Assembly: GCA_050260105.1 (NCBI GenBank)
Contig: JBLNBR010000033.1
Span: forward strand, 106,099 to 170,098
Source of the DNA: Ignavibacteriales bacterium
GTDB taxonomy: Bacteria; Bacillota; Sulfobacillia; JABLXB01
Reading direction: 5' to 3'
DNA: 64,000 nt
This document shows positions 30,520-39,943 of this stretch, in pieces; positions within the stretch are counted from its first letter, which is position 1; each line of letters opens with the position of its first letter. Under the pieces are notes generated by a model. That model had not been told where the DNA came from. It did no database searches and worked only from the letters and a program-made list of their open reading frames with translations. A program made the position numbers and the translations under genes.

Positions 30520-31710
30520 GTGAGGAAGATTGCCGTTTTGCTGACTGTGATGGTTCTCACGTTCGCGGCCGCGCCGGCGCGTACCGATGGACTGGAGGGT
30601 GTTGAGGCCGCGGCCCCCGCGGCCGCGCCCGCGGCGAAAGCGCCCGCTGAGCTGGAGTGCAAATCCCCGAGCTGCGTGCTGATGGACTACCTGACAGGCG
30701 AGATACTGTACGAGAAGAACCCCGACGAGAAGCGCGCCCCCGCAAGCCTGACGAAGATCATGACCCTTGTGGTGGCGCTCGAAGCGGTGGCCGAGGGGAA
30801 GGTGAAGATGGACGACCCCGTCACGGCCAGCGAGGAGGCGTGTAGTCTGGGAGGGAGCCAGGTATGGACCGAGCCCGGAGAGACCCACAGCCTCAAGGAA
30901 TGGCTCACCTGCGTGGCTGTCGGTTCGGCGAACGACGCCAGCATGGTCGTGGCGGAGTATGTGGCGGGTTCGGAGGCGGCCTTCGTCGCGCTGATGAACA
31001 GGAAGGCCAGGGAGATCGGCATGACCGGCAGCGAATTCAAGAATTCCCATGGCCTTGATGAGGAAGGGCACATGGTTACGCCGAGGGACATGGCGATCCT
31101 CGGGAGGTACGCTGTCAAGGTCCCCGGCCTGCTCGACCTGACCAAGATATACCGGACCACGTTCAGGGAAGGGAAATTCGGGCTGGACAACGCCAACAAA
31201 ATGCTGGTGTACTTCAATGGTTGCGACGGGCTGAAGACCGGCAGCACCGACAAGGCGGGGTATTGCGTGGCGAACACTGCGGAGAGGGACGGCAAGCGGT
31301 TCATTTCCGTGGCCATGGGCGCTACCGACAGCAACACCAGGTTCTCGGATTCGACCAGGATGCTGAATTACGCCTTCGCCAACTACCACCCCATGTTGCT
31401 GGTCAAGAAGGGCGAGCCGGAGCAGAAAGTCAGGGTCTGGAAGGGATCGGAGGAATTCGTCGAGGCCGTTCCCGAGACCGACCTTGCCGTGGTCGTCAGG
31501 AAGGGTGAACAGCAGGGGATAACGCACAAGATCGACCTGAGGGCCGAGTTCATGGCGCCCCTGAAGAAGGGGGACCGTCTCGGAGAGATAGTCTTCATCC
31601 GCAACGGCAGTCCGATCGCGAGAGTCAATCTGGTGGCGGCCGCCGACGTGCAGAAGAAGGGGTTCTTCGGGCACCTGGTTACGGTCGTGAAGGGTCTCAT
31701 GACGTTCTGA
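30520..31710 (+). CDS. dacF: D-Ala-D-Ala carboxypeptidase DacF
   Basis: PASLTK, SAND, LKTG motifs; signal peptide; upstream of spoIIA. Confidence 0.88.
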   Translation: MRKIAVLLTVMVLTFAAAPARTDGLEGVEAAAPAAAPAAKAPAELECKSPSCVLMDYLTGEILYEKNPDEKRAPASLTKIMTLVVALEAVAEGKVKMDDPVTASEEACSLGGSQVWTEPGETHSLKEWLTCVAVGSANDASMVVAEYVAGSEAAFVALMNRKAREIGMTGSEFKNSHGLDEEGHMVTPRDMAILGRYAVKVPGLLDLTKIYRTTFREGKFGLDNANKMLVYFNGCDGLKTGSTDKAGYCVANTAERDGKRFISVAMGATDSNTRFSDSTRMLNYAFANYHPMLLVKKGEPEQKVRVWKGSEEFVEAVPETDLAVVVRKGEQQGITHKIDLRAEFMAPLKKGDRLGEIVFIRNGSPIARVNLVAAADVQKKGFFGHLVTVVKGLMTF

Positions 31711-31751
31711 CCGTGGGCGCCGGCCTCCGCCACCGCGGCGCCGCGGGTTTC

Positions 31752-31791
31752 CCGGCGCAGGATGGAGGACTTCCTGCGCCGGCGCTTTTTT
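31752..31791 (+). terminator. Intrinsic terminator after dacF
   Basis: CCGGCGCAGGA...TCCTGCGCCGG followed by T6. Confidence 0.55.
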
Positions 31792-31910
31792 GTTGCCTGG
31801 ACGCTCCGGCGGCAATTGAATGACGGGATCGGGAGGGAAAACGGCGCCGGTGGAGAATCCAGCCATGGGAAAAAAAGGGAGGCAATATGGGGGGTTTCGG
31901 TTCTTTGAAG

Positions 31911-32240
31911 ATGGAAACTGAGACCGTGGGCAGCGTCCTCGTCGTAAGGGTTGACGGGGAGCTCGATCTGTCAACCGCCCCGCAGTTCAGGGCCGGTGTC
32001 GAACATGCACTCGATCGCACCATGGCCAGGGATCTCATCGTCAACATGAAATCGGTCGACTTCGTGGACTCCTCGGGGCTGGGAGCGATACTCGGCAGGT
32101 ACAGGCGGGTCAGCCAGGCGGGAGGCAGGATGGCCCTGTGCGGCGTGATGGGCCGCGTCAAGCCCGTGCTGGAGCTTTCCGGGCTGAAGCGGATCATGCC
32201 CCTGTTTGATTCGGAGAAGGAGGCCCTGGCGTCGTTCTAG
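31911..32240 (+). CDS. spoIIAA: Anti-anti-sigma F factor
   Basis: STAS domain GELD, FVDSSGLGAILGRY. Confidence 0.93.
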   Translation: METETVGSVLVVRVDGELDLSTAPQFRAGVEHALDRTMARDLIVNMKSVDFVDSSGLGAILGRYRRVSQAGGRMALCGVMGRVKPVLELSGLKRIMPLFDSEKEALASF

Positions 32241-32251
32241 GGGGTTGTCGA

Positions 32252-32701
32252 ATGGCTCTGGAAGAGGAGAACCGGAACCGGCTCTACATGGAGGTCGATT
32301 CGCGCGCTGAGAACATCGGCCTGGTCCGGCTCGCGGTCGCCACCCTGGCGGCACAGGCTTCGTTCAGTGTGGCTGAAATCGAGGAGATGAAGGTGGCCGT
32401 CTCGGAGGCGGTTTCGAACTCGATCCTGCACGGGTACCCCGACCGTCAAGGCATCATCCGCGTTTGCGCCACGCTCTCGAAGCAGGGTATCGGGATAAGC
32501 GTCCGTGATGAGGGCGTGGGTATGGAGGACGTCGAGGCCTGCCGCAAGTCGGGCGGGGGCGGGGACCCAGAGAGGATGGGGCTGGGTTTCATGTTCATGC
32601 AGTCACTCATGGACGAACTCGAGGTTGAGTCGGCCCCCGGTGAGGGGACCACTGTGAAGATGTTCAAGCGACTGGATACGGCGGCATCCTCGCGGGGGTG
32701 A
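32252..32701 (+). CDS. spoIIAB: Anti-sigma F factor
   Basis: AVSEAVSNSILHGY, DEGVG, ERMGLGF, GTTV. Confidence 0.93.
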   Translation: MALEEENRNRLYMEVDSRAENIGLVRLAVATLAAQASFSVAEIEEMKVAVSEAVSNSILHGYPDRQGIIRVCATLSKQGIGISVRDEGVGMEDVEACRKSGGGGDPERMGLGFMFMQSLMDELEVESAPGEGTTVKMFKRLDTAASSRG

Positions 32702-32705
32702 TCCC

Positions 32706-33434
32706 GTGGGGAATCTTTCCGGTGACGAATTCCATTCCCTTCTGGACCAGGCTCGGAGCGGGGATCCCGCCGCCCGGGACAGACTTGTCCAGGCCAACAA
32801 GGGCCTCGTGGTGGCGATAGCCGGCAGATTCAGAAGGCTGGCCGGAGACGAGTTCGAGGACATCCTGCAGGTAGCATATCTCGGGTTACTCAAGGCCATC
32901 GACGGATTCGATTCCACCCGCGGGACCAGGTTCTCCACGTACGCTTTCCCCGTGATCACGGGTGAAATCAGGCGCTATCTGCGCGACTCGGGGTTACTGC
33001 ACGTCGACCGCTCGATACGTGAATCGTCGCTCCGCGTCGCCCGCGCGCGGCAGGCCTTCGAGGCGAGGGAGGGCCGCGAACCAACCTTGAGGGAGCTCGC
33101 CTCGGAGGCGGGACTGGCCCCGGACGAGGTGGTGGAGGCCCTGGAGTCGGCAGGGCCACTGCACTATCTGGACGGAGCGCGGTGCGATCTCGGGATCCCC
33201 GGGCGCCAGGACGAAAGCGAGCGCGTGATCGAGGATCTCGCACTGAGACACGCGCTGAGCAGGCTGGAACCGCGCGAGAGGATGCTCATATCGCTGAGAT
33301 ACAGGTTGGGATTGAGCCAGGAAGCGGTGGCGTCGCGACTGGGGATTTCCCAGGCGCAGGTGTCGCGACACGAAAGGAAGGCCCTGGACCTCTTGAGGAG
33401 GATGATGTCAGTCTCCGGCGAGGCCTGCGGCTGA
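32706..33434 (+). CDS. sigF: RNA polymerase sigma factor F
   Basis: GLLKAIDGFD, FSTYAFPVITGEIRRYLRD, LGISQAQVSR; third gene of spoIIA. Confidence 0.88.
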   Translation: MGNLSGDEFHSLLDQARSGDPAARDRLVQANKGLVVAIAGRFRRLAGDEFEDILQVAYLGLLKAIDGFDSTRGTRFSTYAFPVITGEIRRYLRDSGLLHVDRSIRESSLRVARARQAFEAREGREPTLRELASEAGLAPDEVVEALESAGPLHYLDGARCDLGIPGRQDESERVIEDLALRHALSRLEPRERMLISLRYRLGLSQEAVASRLGISQAQVSRHERKALDLLRRMMSVSGEACG

Positions 33435-33529
33435 ACTATCACAGGCCTGATCCATGAGGTTTCTCCCGCGTCTGCAGGTCTTTCGCAGCGGATATTTCCG
33501 CCCCCGGTGAGGGGGCTTCGTTTTTCCGG

Positions 33530-33559
33530 GGATTTTCGGCCGGAGGGGCGAGCATAATA
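33530..33559 (+). promoter_or_regulatory. Putative forespore (sigmaG-type) promoter of dodecin-spoVA-ger
   Basis: GGATT-N18-CATAATA. Confidence 0.5.
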
Positions 33560-33623
33560 CAGTTTGATTCCGGACCGGGGCGGCGCGGACCCGCGCCGGG
33601 TCCAGAGAGAAGGAGGATGGGCA

Positions 33624-33836
33624 ATGGCGGTTGTGAAGGTGCTCGAACTAGTCGGCGAGTCCACCAGCGGGTGGCAGGAGGCGGCATCGAACGCGATAGC
33701 GGAAGCCAGCAGGACCGTGGACAACATCGTGGCCTGCGAGATAATCAACTGGACGGCCAACGTCTCGGAGGGTGAGATCAAGGAGTACAAGGCCAACGTC
33801 AAGGTCGCCTACGTCGGCGACGAAGGTTTGCGCTAA
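33624..33836 (+). CDS. Dodecin family protein
   Basis: VVKVLELVGES..GWQEA..NAI..EYKANVKVAY. Confidence 0.88.
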   Translation: MAVVKVLELVGESTSGWQEAASNAIAEASRTVDNIVACEIINWTANVSEGEIKEYKANVKVAYVGDEGLR

Positions 33837-33886
33837 TCGTCTCCGGGCCGCCCCCGGGCGGCCCCGGTGCGTTGGAGGGAGATCGG

Positions 33887-34339
33887 TTGAAGGCGACCAC
33901 GGGTCAAGCGAACGAATACAGGAAACTCGTGACCGGCATGACTCCGCCGAGGCCCATTCTAAAGAACGCGGCGCTGGCGTTCCTGGTCGGCGGCGCGATA
34001 TGCCTCATCGGGCAGGTCGTCCTGAACATGCTCCTGCCCGGAATGGGGAAGGAGATGGCGACGCCGCTGACGTCGGGGGCGATGGTGGCTGTAGGCGCCG
34101 TGCTGACGGGCCTGGGGCTGTACGATGAGATCGGCCGTGTGGGCGGCATGGGGTCCGCGATCCCCATCACCGGGTTCGCAAACTCGATAGTGTCGCCCGC
34201 GATGGAGTTCAAGCGCGAGGGGTTCGTACTCGGGGCGTCCGCGAAGATGTTCACCATCGCGGGCCCCGTGATCGTCTACGGCCTGGTTACGGCGGCAGTG
34301 GTGACCCTGCTCAGAATGATATTCCAGCGGGGGCTCTGA
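33887..34339 (+). CDS. spoVAC: Stage V sporulation protein AC
   Basis: AFLVGGAICLIGQ, GSAIPITGFANS, MFTIAGPVIVYG. Confidence 0.93.
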   Translation: MKATTGQANEYRKLVTGMTPPRPILKNAALAFLVGGAICLIGQVVLNMLLPGMGKEMATPLTSGAMVAVGAVLTGLGLYDEIGRVGGMGSAIPITGFANSIVSPAMEFKREGFVLGASAKMFTIAGPVIVYGLVTAAVVTLLRMIFQRGL

Positions 34340-34342
34340 CGG

Positions 34343-35386
34343 ATGGCGGTGAAGAAGCTCGGAGCGCAGTCGGTCGTGTTCCAGAATCCGCCGGTCATAG
34401 CCGCGGCGTCGTCCGTGGCCGGACCGAAGGAGGGGCAGGGGCCGCTGGGCCCCGATTTCGACCTCGTGCTTGGCGATACGTTGAACGGGCAGAAATCCTG
34501 GGAGCAAGCCGAGACGCAGATGCTCCTCGAGTCGGTGAAGATCTGCCTGAAGAAGGCCAGCCTGAAGCCGGAGTCGGTGGACTTCCTGCTGGCCGGCGAT
34601 CTGCTCAATCAGATCACGTGCGCGAACTTCGTGGGCAGGGATACATCCATCCCGTTCCTGGGGCTCTATGGCGCGTGCTCGACGTACGCCGAGGGGATGG
34701 CCCTGGGGGCGATGCTGATCGACGGGGGATACGCGGGGAAGGTGGCCGTGTGCTCGTCGAGCCACCACAACACGGCCGAGAGGCAGTACAGGTACCCTAC
34801 TGAATTCGGGGCGCAGCGCTGCCCGACGTCGCAGTGGACGGTGACGGGTGCGGGCGCGGTCCTGCTGTCAGCCACGGGGAGCGGGCCGAGGGTGACCCAC
34901 GCGACGATAGGCAGGGTCGTGGACATGGGTCTGAAGGATGTCAACGACATGGGGTCCGCCATGGCCCCCGCCGCGGCGGACACCATCAAGAGACACTTCT
35001 CCGATACCGGGCGGCGCGTGTCCGAGTACGACGCCATTCTGACGGGCGACCTCGGCGGCGTTGGGAAGTCCATATGCGAGGAGATGCTCAGGCGCGAGGG
35101 GGTTGACCTGGCCGGCAGGTACGACGACTGCGGCGTGCTCCTGTTCAGGAAGAACCAGGACGTGCACGCCGGGGGAAGCGGTTGCGCCTGCTCTGCGCTC
35201 GTCTTCGCCGCCAGGCTCATGAGGTTTCTCAAGGAGGGCAAGTACCGTAAGGTGCTCCTCGTGGCCACAGGCGCGCTGCACAGCCCCACCACCTGCCAGC
35301 AGGGCGAGACCATCTGCTGCATCGCCCACGCCATCAGCATCGAGTGCGGTGGAACAGCGTGCGTGGAGAAGGGGGCCGGAGGATGA
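34343..35386 (+). CDS. spoVAD: Stage V sporulation protein AD
   Basis: GPKEGQGPLG, AGDLLNQ, GLYGACST, AERQYRYP, GGSGCACS. Confidence 0.95.
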   Translation: MAVKKLGAQSVVFQNPPVIAAASSVAGPKEGQGPLGPDFDLVLGDTLNGQKSWEQAETQMLLESVKICLKKASLKPESVDFLLAGDLLNQITCANFVGRDTSIPFLGLYGACSTYAEGMALGAMLIDGGYAGKVAVCSSSHHNTAERQYRYPTEFGAQRCPTSQWTVTGAGAVLLSATGSGPRVTHATIGRVVDMGLKDVNDMGSAMAPAAADTIKRHFSDTGRRVSEYDAILTGDLGGVGKSICEEMLRREGVDLAGRYDDCGVLLFRKNQDVHAGGSGCACSALVFAARLMRFLKEGKYRKVLLVATGALHSPTTCQQGETICCIAHAISIECGGTACVEKGAGG

Positions 35387-35733
35387 ACCTACTGCTGGCG
35401 TTCGTTGTTGGAGGGGCGATATGTATGATCGCCCAGCTCGTGGTCGACCTGACGAAGTGCAACCCCGCGATGGTCATGGTTTCCTCAGTCAGCCTGGGGG
35501 CTGTCCTGAGCGGGCTTGGATTGTACGGCGCCCTCGTCGACCTTGCGGGAGCGGGGGCCACGGTACCGCTCACGGGCTTCGGACACGCCCTGGTGCAGGG
35601 CATGATTGAGGACTCTTCGAGGCTGGGCTTCCTCGGACTACTGACTGGGGGACTGAGGGCCACGTCCCTCGGACTGTCCGCGGCGATCATCCTCGGATAT
35701 ACGATGGCCGTTCTGTTCAACCCCAAGGGGTAG
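35383..35733 (+). CDS. spoVAE: Stage V sporulation protein AE
   Basis: AFVVGGAICMIAQ, AGAGATVPLTGFG, FNPKG end. Confidence 0.93.
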   Translation: MNLLLAFVVGGAICMIAQLVVDLTKCNPAMVMVSSVSLGAVLSGLGLYGALVDLAGAGATVPLTGFGHALVQGMIEDSSRLGFLGLLTGGLRATSLGLSAAIILGYTMAVLFNPKG

Positions 35734-35740
35734 CCCGCGG

Positions 35741-37420
35741 ATGAAACGAGTCAGGAAACCGCTCAAGCCTCACGAACTGAAGAGGAAGCGGATGACGGAG
35801 GAGTTCTCCGCCGAGCTCGCGGAGGGCCGGGCGGCCGGGCTCCAGCTGGGCGACATACCGGTCTCCGCGGAGCTCGACCGCAACATGTCGCTGCTGAGAC
35901 AGATCCTCGGCCCCAGCGACGACGTCGTTTTCCGCGAGATCTCCATAGGTTACGAGCAGCATATCAGGGCGGAGATCGTGTTCATCGACGGGATCGTCCA
36001 CAAGGACACGATTCACGACCACATCATGAGGTCGCTCATGCTGTTCACCGAGCGGATTCGCCCCGCTCCGCTGAGCGGCGAACGGCTGGGGGAGATCATC
36101 AAGGACTTCTCCCTCACCGTGGGCGAGGTCAAGCCGTCCACCAACATGGGGGACGTGGTCGACGGGATCCTCAATTCGGACACCGCCCTGCTCATCGACG
36201 GCGTTGCCACGTGTTACGTGGTGAACACGAAGGGCTGGGAGCACCGGTCCGTGGAGGAGCCGCAAAACGAGGCCACGCTCCGGGGCCCCCACGAGGGATT
36301 CAACGAGGTGCTCCGCGCCTCGACCGCGCTCATGCGCAGGCGGATCAAGGACAGCAGGTTCAGGATCAAGCAGATGACGCTCGGCAAACGCACGAAGACT
36401 GACATTGCGATAATGTACATCGAGGGGATCGCCAACGAACAGATCGTGAACGAGGTGTTTTCGCGTCTGGGTGACATAGACGTGGACGCCATAAGAGCTG
36501 CGGGGGACATCGAGCAACTCATCGAAGACAACCCGTTCTCGCCCTTCCCGCAGATCCACGTCACTGAGAGGACGGACAGGGTGCAGGCCGGGATACTGGA
36601 GGGCAGGGTGGCGATAGTCGTCGACGGCACGCCCTTCGCCCTGATCCTGCCCGTCACGTTCTGGGGTTTCCTCCAGGCCCCGGACGACTATTTCGAGCGC
36701 TGGATGAGTTCCACGTTTCTCAGGGCTCTCCGGCTGCTATCCATGTTCCTCTCTCTCAGCCTACCCGCCGTGTACGTGGCCCTGACGTCGTTTCACACGG
36801 AGATGATACCCGCCAGGCTCGCGCTACCCCTGGCCGGTTCCCGTGCGGGGGTCCCGTTCCCCGTGCTAATGGAGATCATGATACTGGAATTGTCAATTGA
36901 GACCCTCAGGGAGGCAAGTGTGCGTCTACCGGGCCCGATCGGCCCCACGATAGGCATTGTCGGGGCGATTGTAATCGGTGAAGCGGCGATCCGTGCGGGG
37001 TTGGTAGGGCCACTTGCCGTCATCATCGTCGCCATCACCACGATTGCGTCGTTCGTATCGCCGAGCTACAGCATGGGGGTTGCGGTGAGGATACTCAAGT
37101 TTCCGCTGATACTGCTGGCCTCCGTCCTCGGGCTCGTGGGGATCATGATTGGGGTCATAGCCATCGCCACACACCTCTGCAGCCTTGACTCGTTCGGAGT
37201 GCCCTACTTTGCCCCAGTGGTTCCTCTCACGGTATCCGACCTGAAGGACACGTTCGTACGCGCCCCCACCTGGGCAATGAAGAAAAGGCCCCTGTTCCTG
37301 CGCCCGGGCGACGTGAGGCGCATGGCTGACAGAACGAGCGCCTATGAATCGGGGAAGGCGCAGAAGCAGGTCAGCATCCCGCCCGGCGACTCCGGAAGAA
37401 AGGGTGACGAAAGCCCGTGA
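35741..37420 (+). CDS. Spore germination receptor A subunit (GerA/GerKA family)
   Basis: RGPHEGFNE, DNPFSPFPQ..TERTD, LREASVRLP, IGIVGAIVIGEAA. Confidence 0.92.
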   Translation: MKRVRKPLKPHELKRKRMTEEFSAELAEGRAAGLQLGDIPVSAELDRNMSLLRQILGPSDDVVFREISIGYEQHIRAEIVFIDGIVHKDTIHDHIMRSLMLFTERIRPAPLSGERLGEIIKDFSLTVGEVKPSTNMGDVVDGILNSDTALLIDGVATCYVVNTKGWEHRSVEEPQNEATLRGPHEGFNEVLRASTALMRRRIKDSRFRIKQMTLGKRTKTDIAIMYIEGIANEQIVNEVFSRLGDIDVDAIRAAGDIEQLIEDNPFSPFPQIHVTERTDRVQAGILEGRVAIVVDGTPFALILPVTFWGFLQAPDDYFERWMSSTFLRALRLLSMFLSLSLPAVYVALTSFHTEMIPARLALPLAGSRAGVPFPVLMEIMILELSIETLREASVRLPGPIGPTIGIVGAIVIGEAAIRAGLVGPLAVIIVAITTIASFVSPSYSMGVAVRILKFPLILLASVLGLVGIMIGVIAIATHLCSLDSFGVPYFAPVVPLTVSDLKDTFVRAPTWAMKKRPLFLRPGDVRRMADRTSAYESGKAQKQVSIPPGDSGRKGDESP

Positions 37421-38529
37421 ACAGGGACACCCTTTCCACGAACCAGGTAATGTCGATCGTGGCGCAGGCCATGCTGGGCGTGTCGATCCTCACCGTTCCA
37501 GGGGTGGTAAGCAGGATTGCGGGGCCTGACGCGTGGCTGTCGTTCCTTATCACCTGGGCTGCCGTGTCCGGCGTCGCGGCCGTTACGGTGTCGCTCTCGC
37601 TGAGGTTTCCCGGCGAGACCCTGGTCGGTTACTCGAGCCGGATCCTGGGGAAGCGACTGGGGGTCCTGGTGAGCGTGGTATTCGGCCTGCTCGAGACCAT
37701 ATCGGGCGCGCTGGTCGCCCGCGTGTTTGCGGAGGCTGTGGGAGCTGTCATACTCGTGAGGGCGCCCATCGAGGTGCTATCAGGGGCTATGGTGCTCCTG
37801 ACGCTCTACCTGAGTCTCCAGAGGGTGCGTGTGTTCGGCCGGGTGAATGCCTTCTTCTTCCCGGGCATATGCTTGGTTTTCGCCCTGTTCATCGCCGGTA
37901 CGTACGGATATGCCCACCTCGCGAACCTCACCCCTGTGCTGAGGCGTGGGCTTGCGCCGGTGCTGGGCGGAGTCGCCCAGTCCGTGTTGGCCTTCCAGGG
38001 TTTCGAGGTCATGCTGTACTTCCTTGGCTTTGCGGACAAACCTCGTGAAAACATGAGGGCCTCGCTGACCGGGATTAGCCTTGTCGGCGGGGCTTACGTG
38101 GCAACGGTCGCCGGAGTCACGGGCGTGTTCGGACCTCAGCACCTGAGCAGGCTGCAGTGGCCCGTCCTTGAGGCAATCAAGGTGCTTGGCGGCGAGTCTG
38201 CACTGGGAATCGAGCGGTTCGAGGCGCTATTCATCACGGTGTGGATGATCGCGGCGTTTACCACTGTGGGGGCGCTTGTATACACAGGGGTCCGCATCCT
38301 TTCGGAGATAACCGGCCTACAACACAGTAACCTGCTCGTTCCCCTCATAGGGCCGCTGGTGTACGTCACCGGCCTGGCGCCCGAGAACGTCTTCAGCGCC
38401 CTGGGCATTGCATCCCGTGTCAGTGTTGCGATTGTGCTCTATGCGACGTTCATCTCGCTGGTGATGTATGTGGTTGCAGTCGCCACGGGGAAGCGGGGTG
38501 ATGGCGGTGGCGCCGGTACCGGGACCTAG
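37417..38529 (+). CDS. Spore germination receptor B subunit (GerAB/APC family)
   Basis: LGVSILTVP, DAWLS, RFPGET, FQGFE, IERFE; about 10 TMs. Confidence 0.9.
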   Translation: MNRDTLSTNQVMSIVAQAMLGVSILTVPGVVSRIAGPDAWLSFLITWAAVSGVAAVTVSLSLRFPGETLVGYSSRILGKRLGVLVSVVFGLLETISGALVARVFAEAVGAVILVRAPIEVLSGAMVLLTLYLSLQRVRVFGRVNAFFFPGICLVFALFIAGTYGYAHLANLTPVLRRGLAPVLGGVAQSVLAFQGFEVMLYFLGFADKPRENMRASLTGISLVGGAYVATVAGVTGVFGPQHLSRLQWPVLEAIKVLGGESALGIERFEALFITVWMIAAFTTVGALVYTGVRILSEITGLQHSNLLVPLIGPLVYVTGLAPENVFSALGIASRVSVAIVLYATFISLVMYVVAVATGKRGDGGGAGTGT

Positions 38530-39742
38530 GACGCAGAATGTCCGTACGCCGGGGTCACCGGGCGGCCATCGCCGGGCTCGGACGACGGCCCTTGGGCTCA
38601 TCGCGCTTCTATCGGCACTCCTGGTCGGGTGCGCGGGATGCTGGGGCTCTAGAGACATCGAAGAGCGCGCGTTCGTTCTCATGCTGGGCCTCGATACTAG
38701 CGAAGAGGGTGTCAGGGTGTCGGCCCAGGTGGCGGTCAACGAGCGGATGGCGGGGGCGGGGGCCGGCGGCGGAGGAGATGGGGGAGGTGGGGGAGGTGGG
38801 GGAGGTGGGGGAGAGGCCGTGATAGTCGTCCATCACGACTCCGAAAGCACGTCGGCCGGGGTGAACCTCCTCCAGGACTCGACCGCCCATCCGGTGTACC
38901 TGGGGCACCTGAAGGTGGTTGTGGTGGGGCAGGAATTCGCCAGGCAACGGGGCATCTCCGAGGCAATTGAGACGCTGCTCAGGGACCCGGAAGTCCGCGG
39001 TCGGGTATGGATCGTGCAAGCGGGCGGCAGGGCCGAGGACCTCCTGCGGGCCAAACCCAAGGCCGAACGAATCCCGGCCGCATTCATCGAGAACCTGCTC
39101 GACGTGGGGCTGACGGCCGGGCACGCGCCGGATTCGCGGCTCACCAGCGTCGCCGTCCGGCTGGACACGCCCGGGTACAACGTGTTACTTCCCATCCTCC
39201 GTGTTGAGGAGGATTCAATGGAGATAACGGGGGCGTCAGTGTTCCGGGGAGACAGGGCAGTCAGCGAGATCGACCACCCGCTGATACACGACTACTCCCT
39301 GATAACGGGCGCCCCGGCTGTCGGGGTCTACTCAGCCCCGTCGCCGCGCGGCAATGGCCGGCTCTACGCCGAGATTATGAACCCCCGCACGAGGGTTAGT
39401 GTGAAACGGGAAGCGGGCGAGGTCGTGATCCGCCTGCGAATAATCGCGGAGGCCGAGGCGTTGGAGGATACGGGGCACGGGGGCGGCGGCGCGCCCGCAT
39501 GGGCGGACGTATCCGGTAGAATCCCCCGGGTGGAACGGGCCCTGGGCGATGAGATTGCCCGGCGCGTGACCGACCTGATCAGGAAGGTGCAGGAGGAATC
39601 CGGCGCGGATGTGTTTGGATTCGTGAGACACGCCGGTTCGCTGAAGTTCCAGGACGGGGAGTGGGATGAGGTGTTTCCCAGGGCCAAAGTGCAGGTCGAG
39701 GCCACCGTGAGGCTCAGGAGATTCGGGATGGGTGAGGCGTAG
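38501..39742 (+). CDS. Spore germination receptor C subunit, Ger(x)C lipoprotein
   Basis: Lipobox AGCW, RDIEER, YLGHLKVVVVG, ADVFGF, W.E.FP. Confidence 0.88.
   Translation: MAVAPVPGPRTQNVRTPGSPGGHRRARTTALGLIALLSALLVGCAGCWGSRDIEERAFVLMLGLDTSEEGVRVSAQVAVNERMAGAGAGGGGDGGGGGGGGGGGEAVIVVHHDSESTSAGVNLLQDSTAHPVYLGHLKVVVVGQEFARQRGISEAIETLLRDPEVRGRVWIVQAGGRAEDLLRAKPKAERIPAAFIENLLDVGLTAGHAPDSRLTSVAVRLDTPGYNVLLPILRVEEDSMEITGASVFRGDRAVSEIDHPLIHDYSLITGAPAVGVYSAPSPRGNGRLYAEIMNPRTRVSVKREAGEVVIRLRIIAEAEALEDTGHGGGGAPAWADVSGRIPRVERALGDEIARRVTDLIRKVQEESGADVFGFVRHAGSLKFQDGEWDEVFPRAKVQVEATVRLRRFGMGEA
38778..38812 (+). repeat. 9-bp tandem repeat (TGGGGGAGG)x~4 encoding poly-Gly
   Basis: tgggggagg tgggggagg tgggggagg tgggggag within Ger(x)C. 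Confidence 0.85.
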
Positions 39743-39943
39743 GTGTTCGCGCGTCAGATAACGGGGTCTCTTCAGTACGTATCCATAGCGTTTCTCCTTG
39801 CGGGCCTGTACCTGCTTGGTGTCTCCGCACGGGGCCTGTCGCAGGCGGGGGACGACGCGGCGGCATCGATCGCCGTGGGCGTTGGATGGGTGTACGTGGC
39901 TGTGGGCGTACTGGCGGCGATCGGGTGGGTGGTGATGGGATGA
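39743..39943 (+). CDS. Small two-TM protein after Ger(x)C (GerD-subunit/CLC_0170-like)
   Basis: 66 aa, two TMs, abuts gerC and overlaps next ATG. Confidence 0.6.
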   Translation: MFARQITGSLQYVSIAFLLAGLYLLGVSARGLSQAGDDAAASIAVGVGWVYVAVGVLAAIGWVVMG

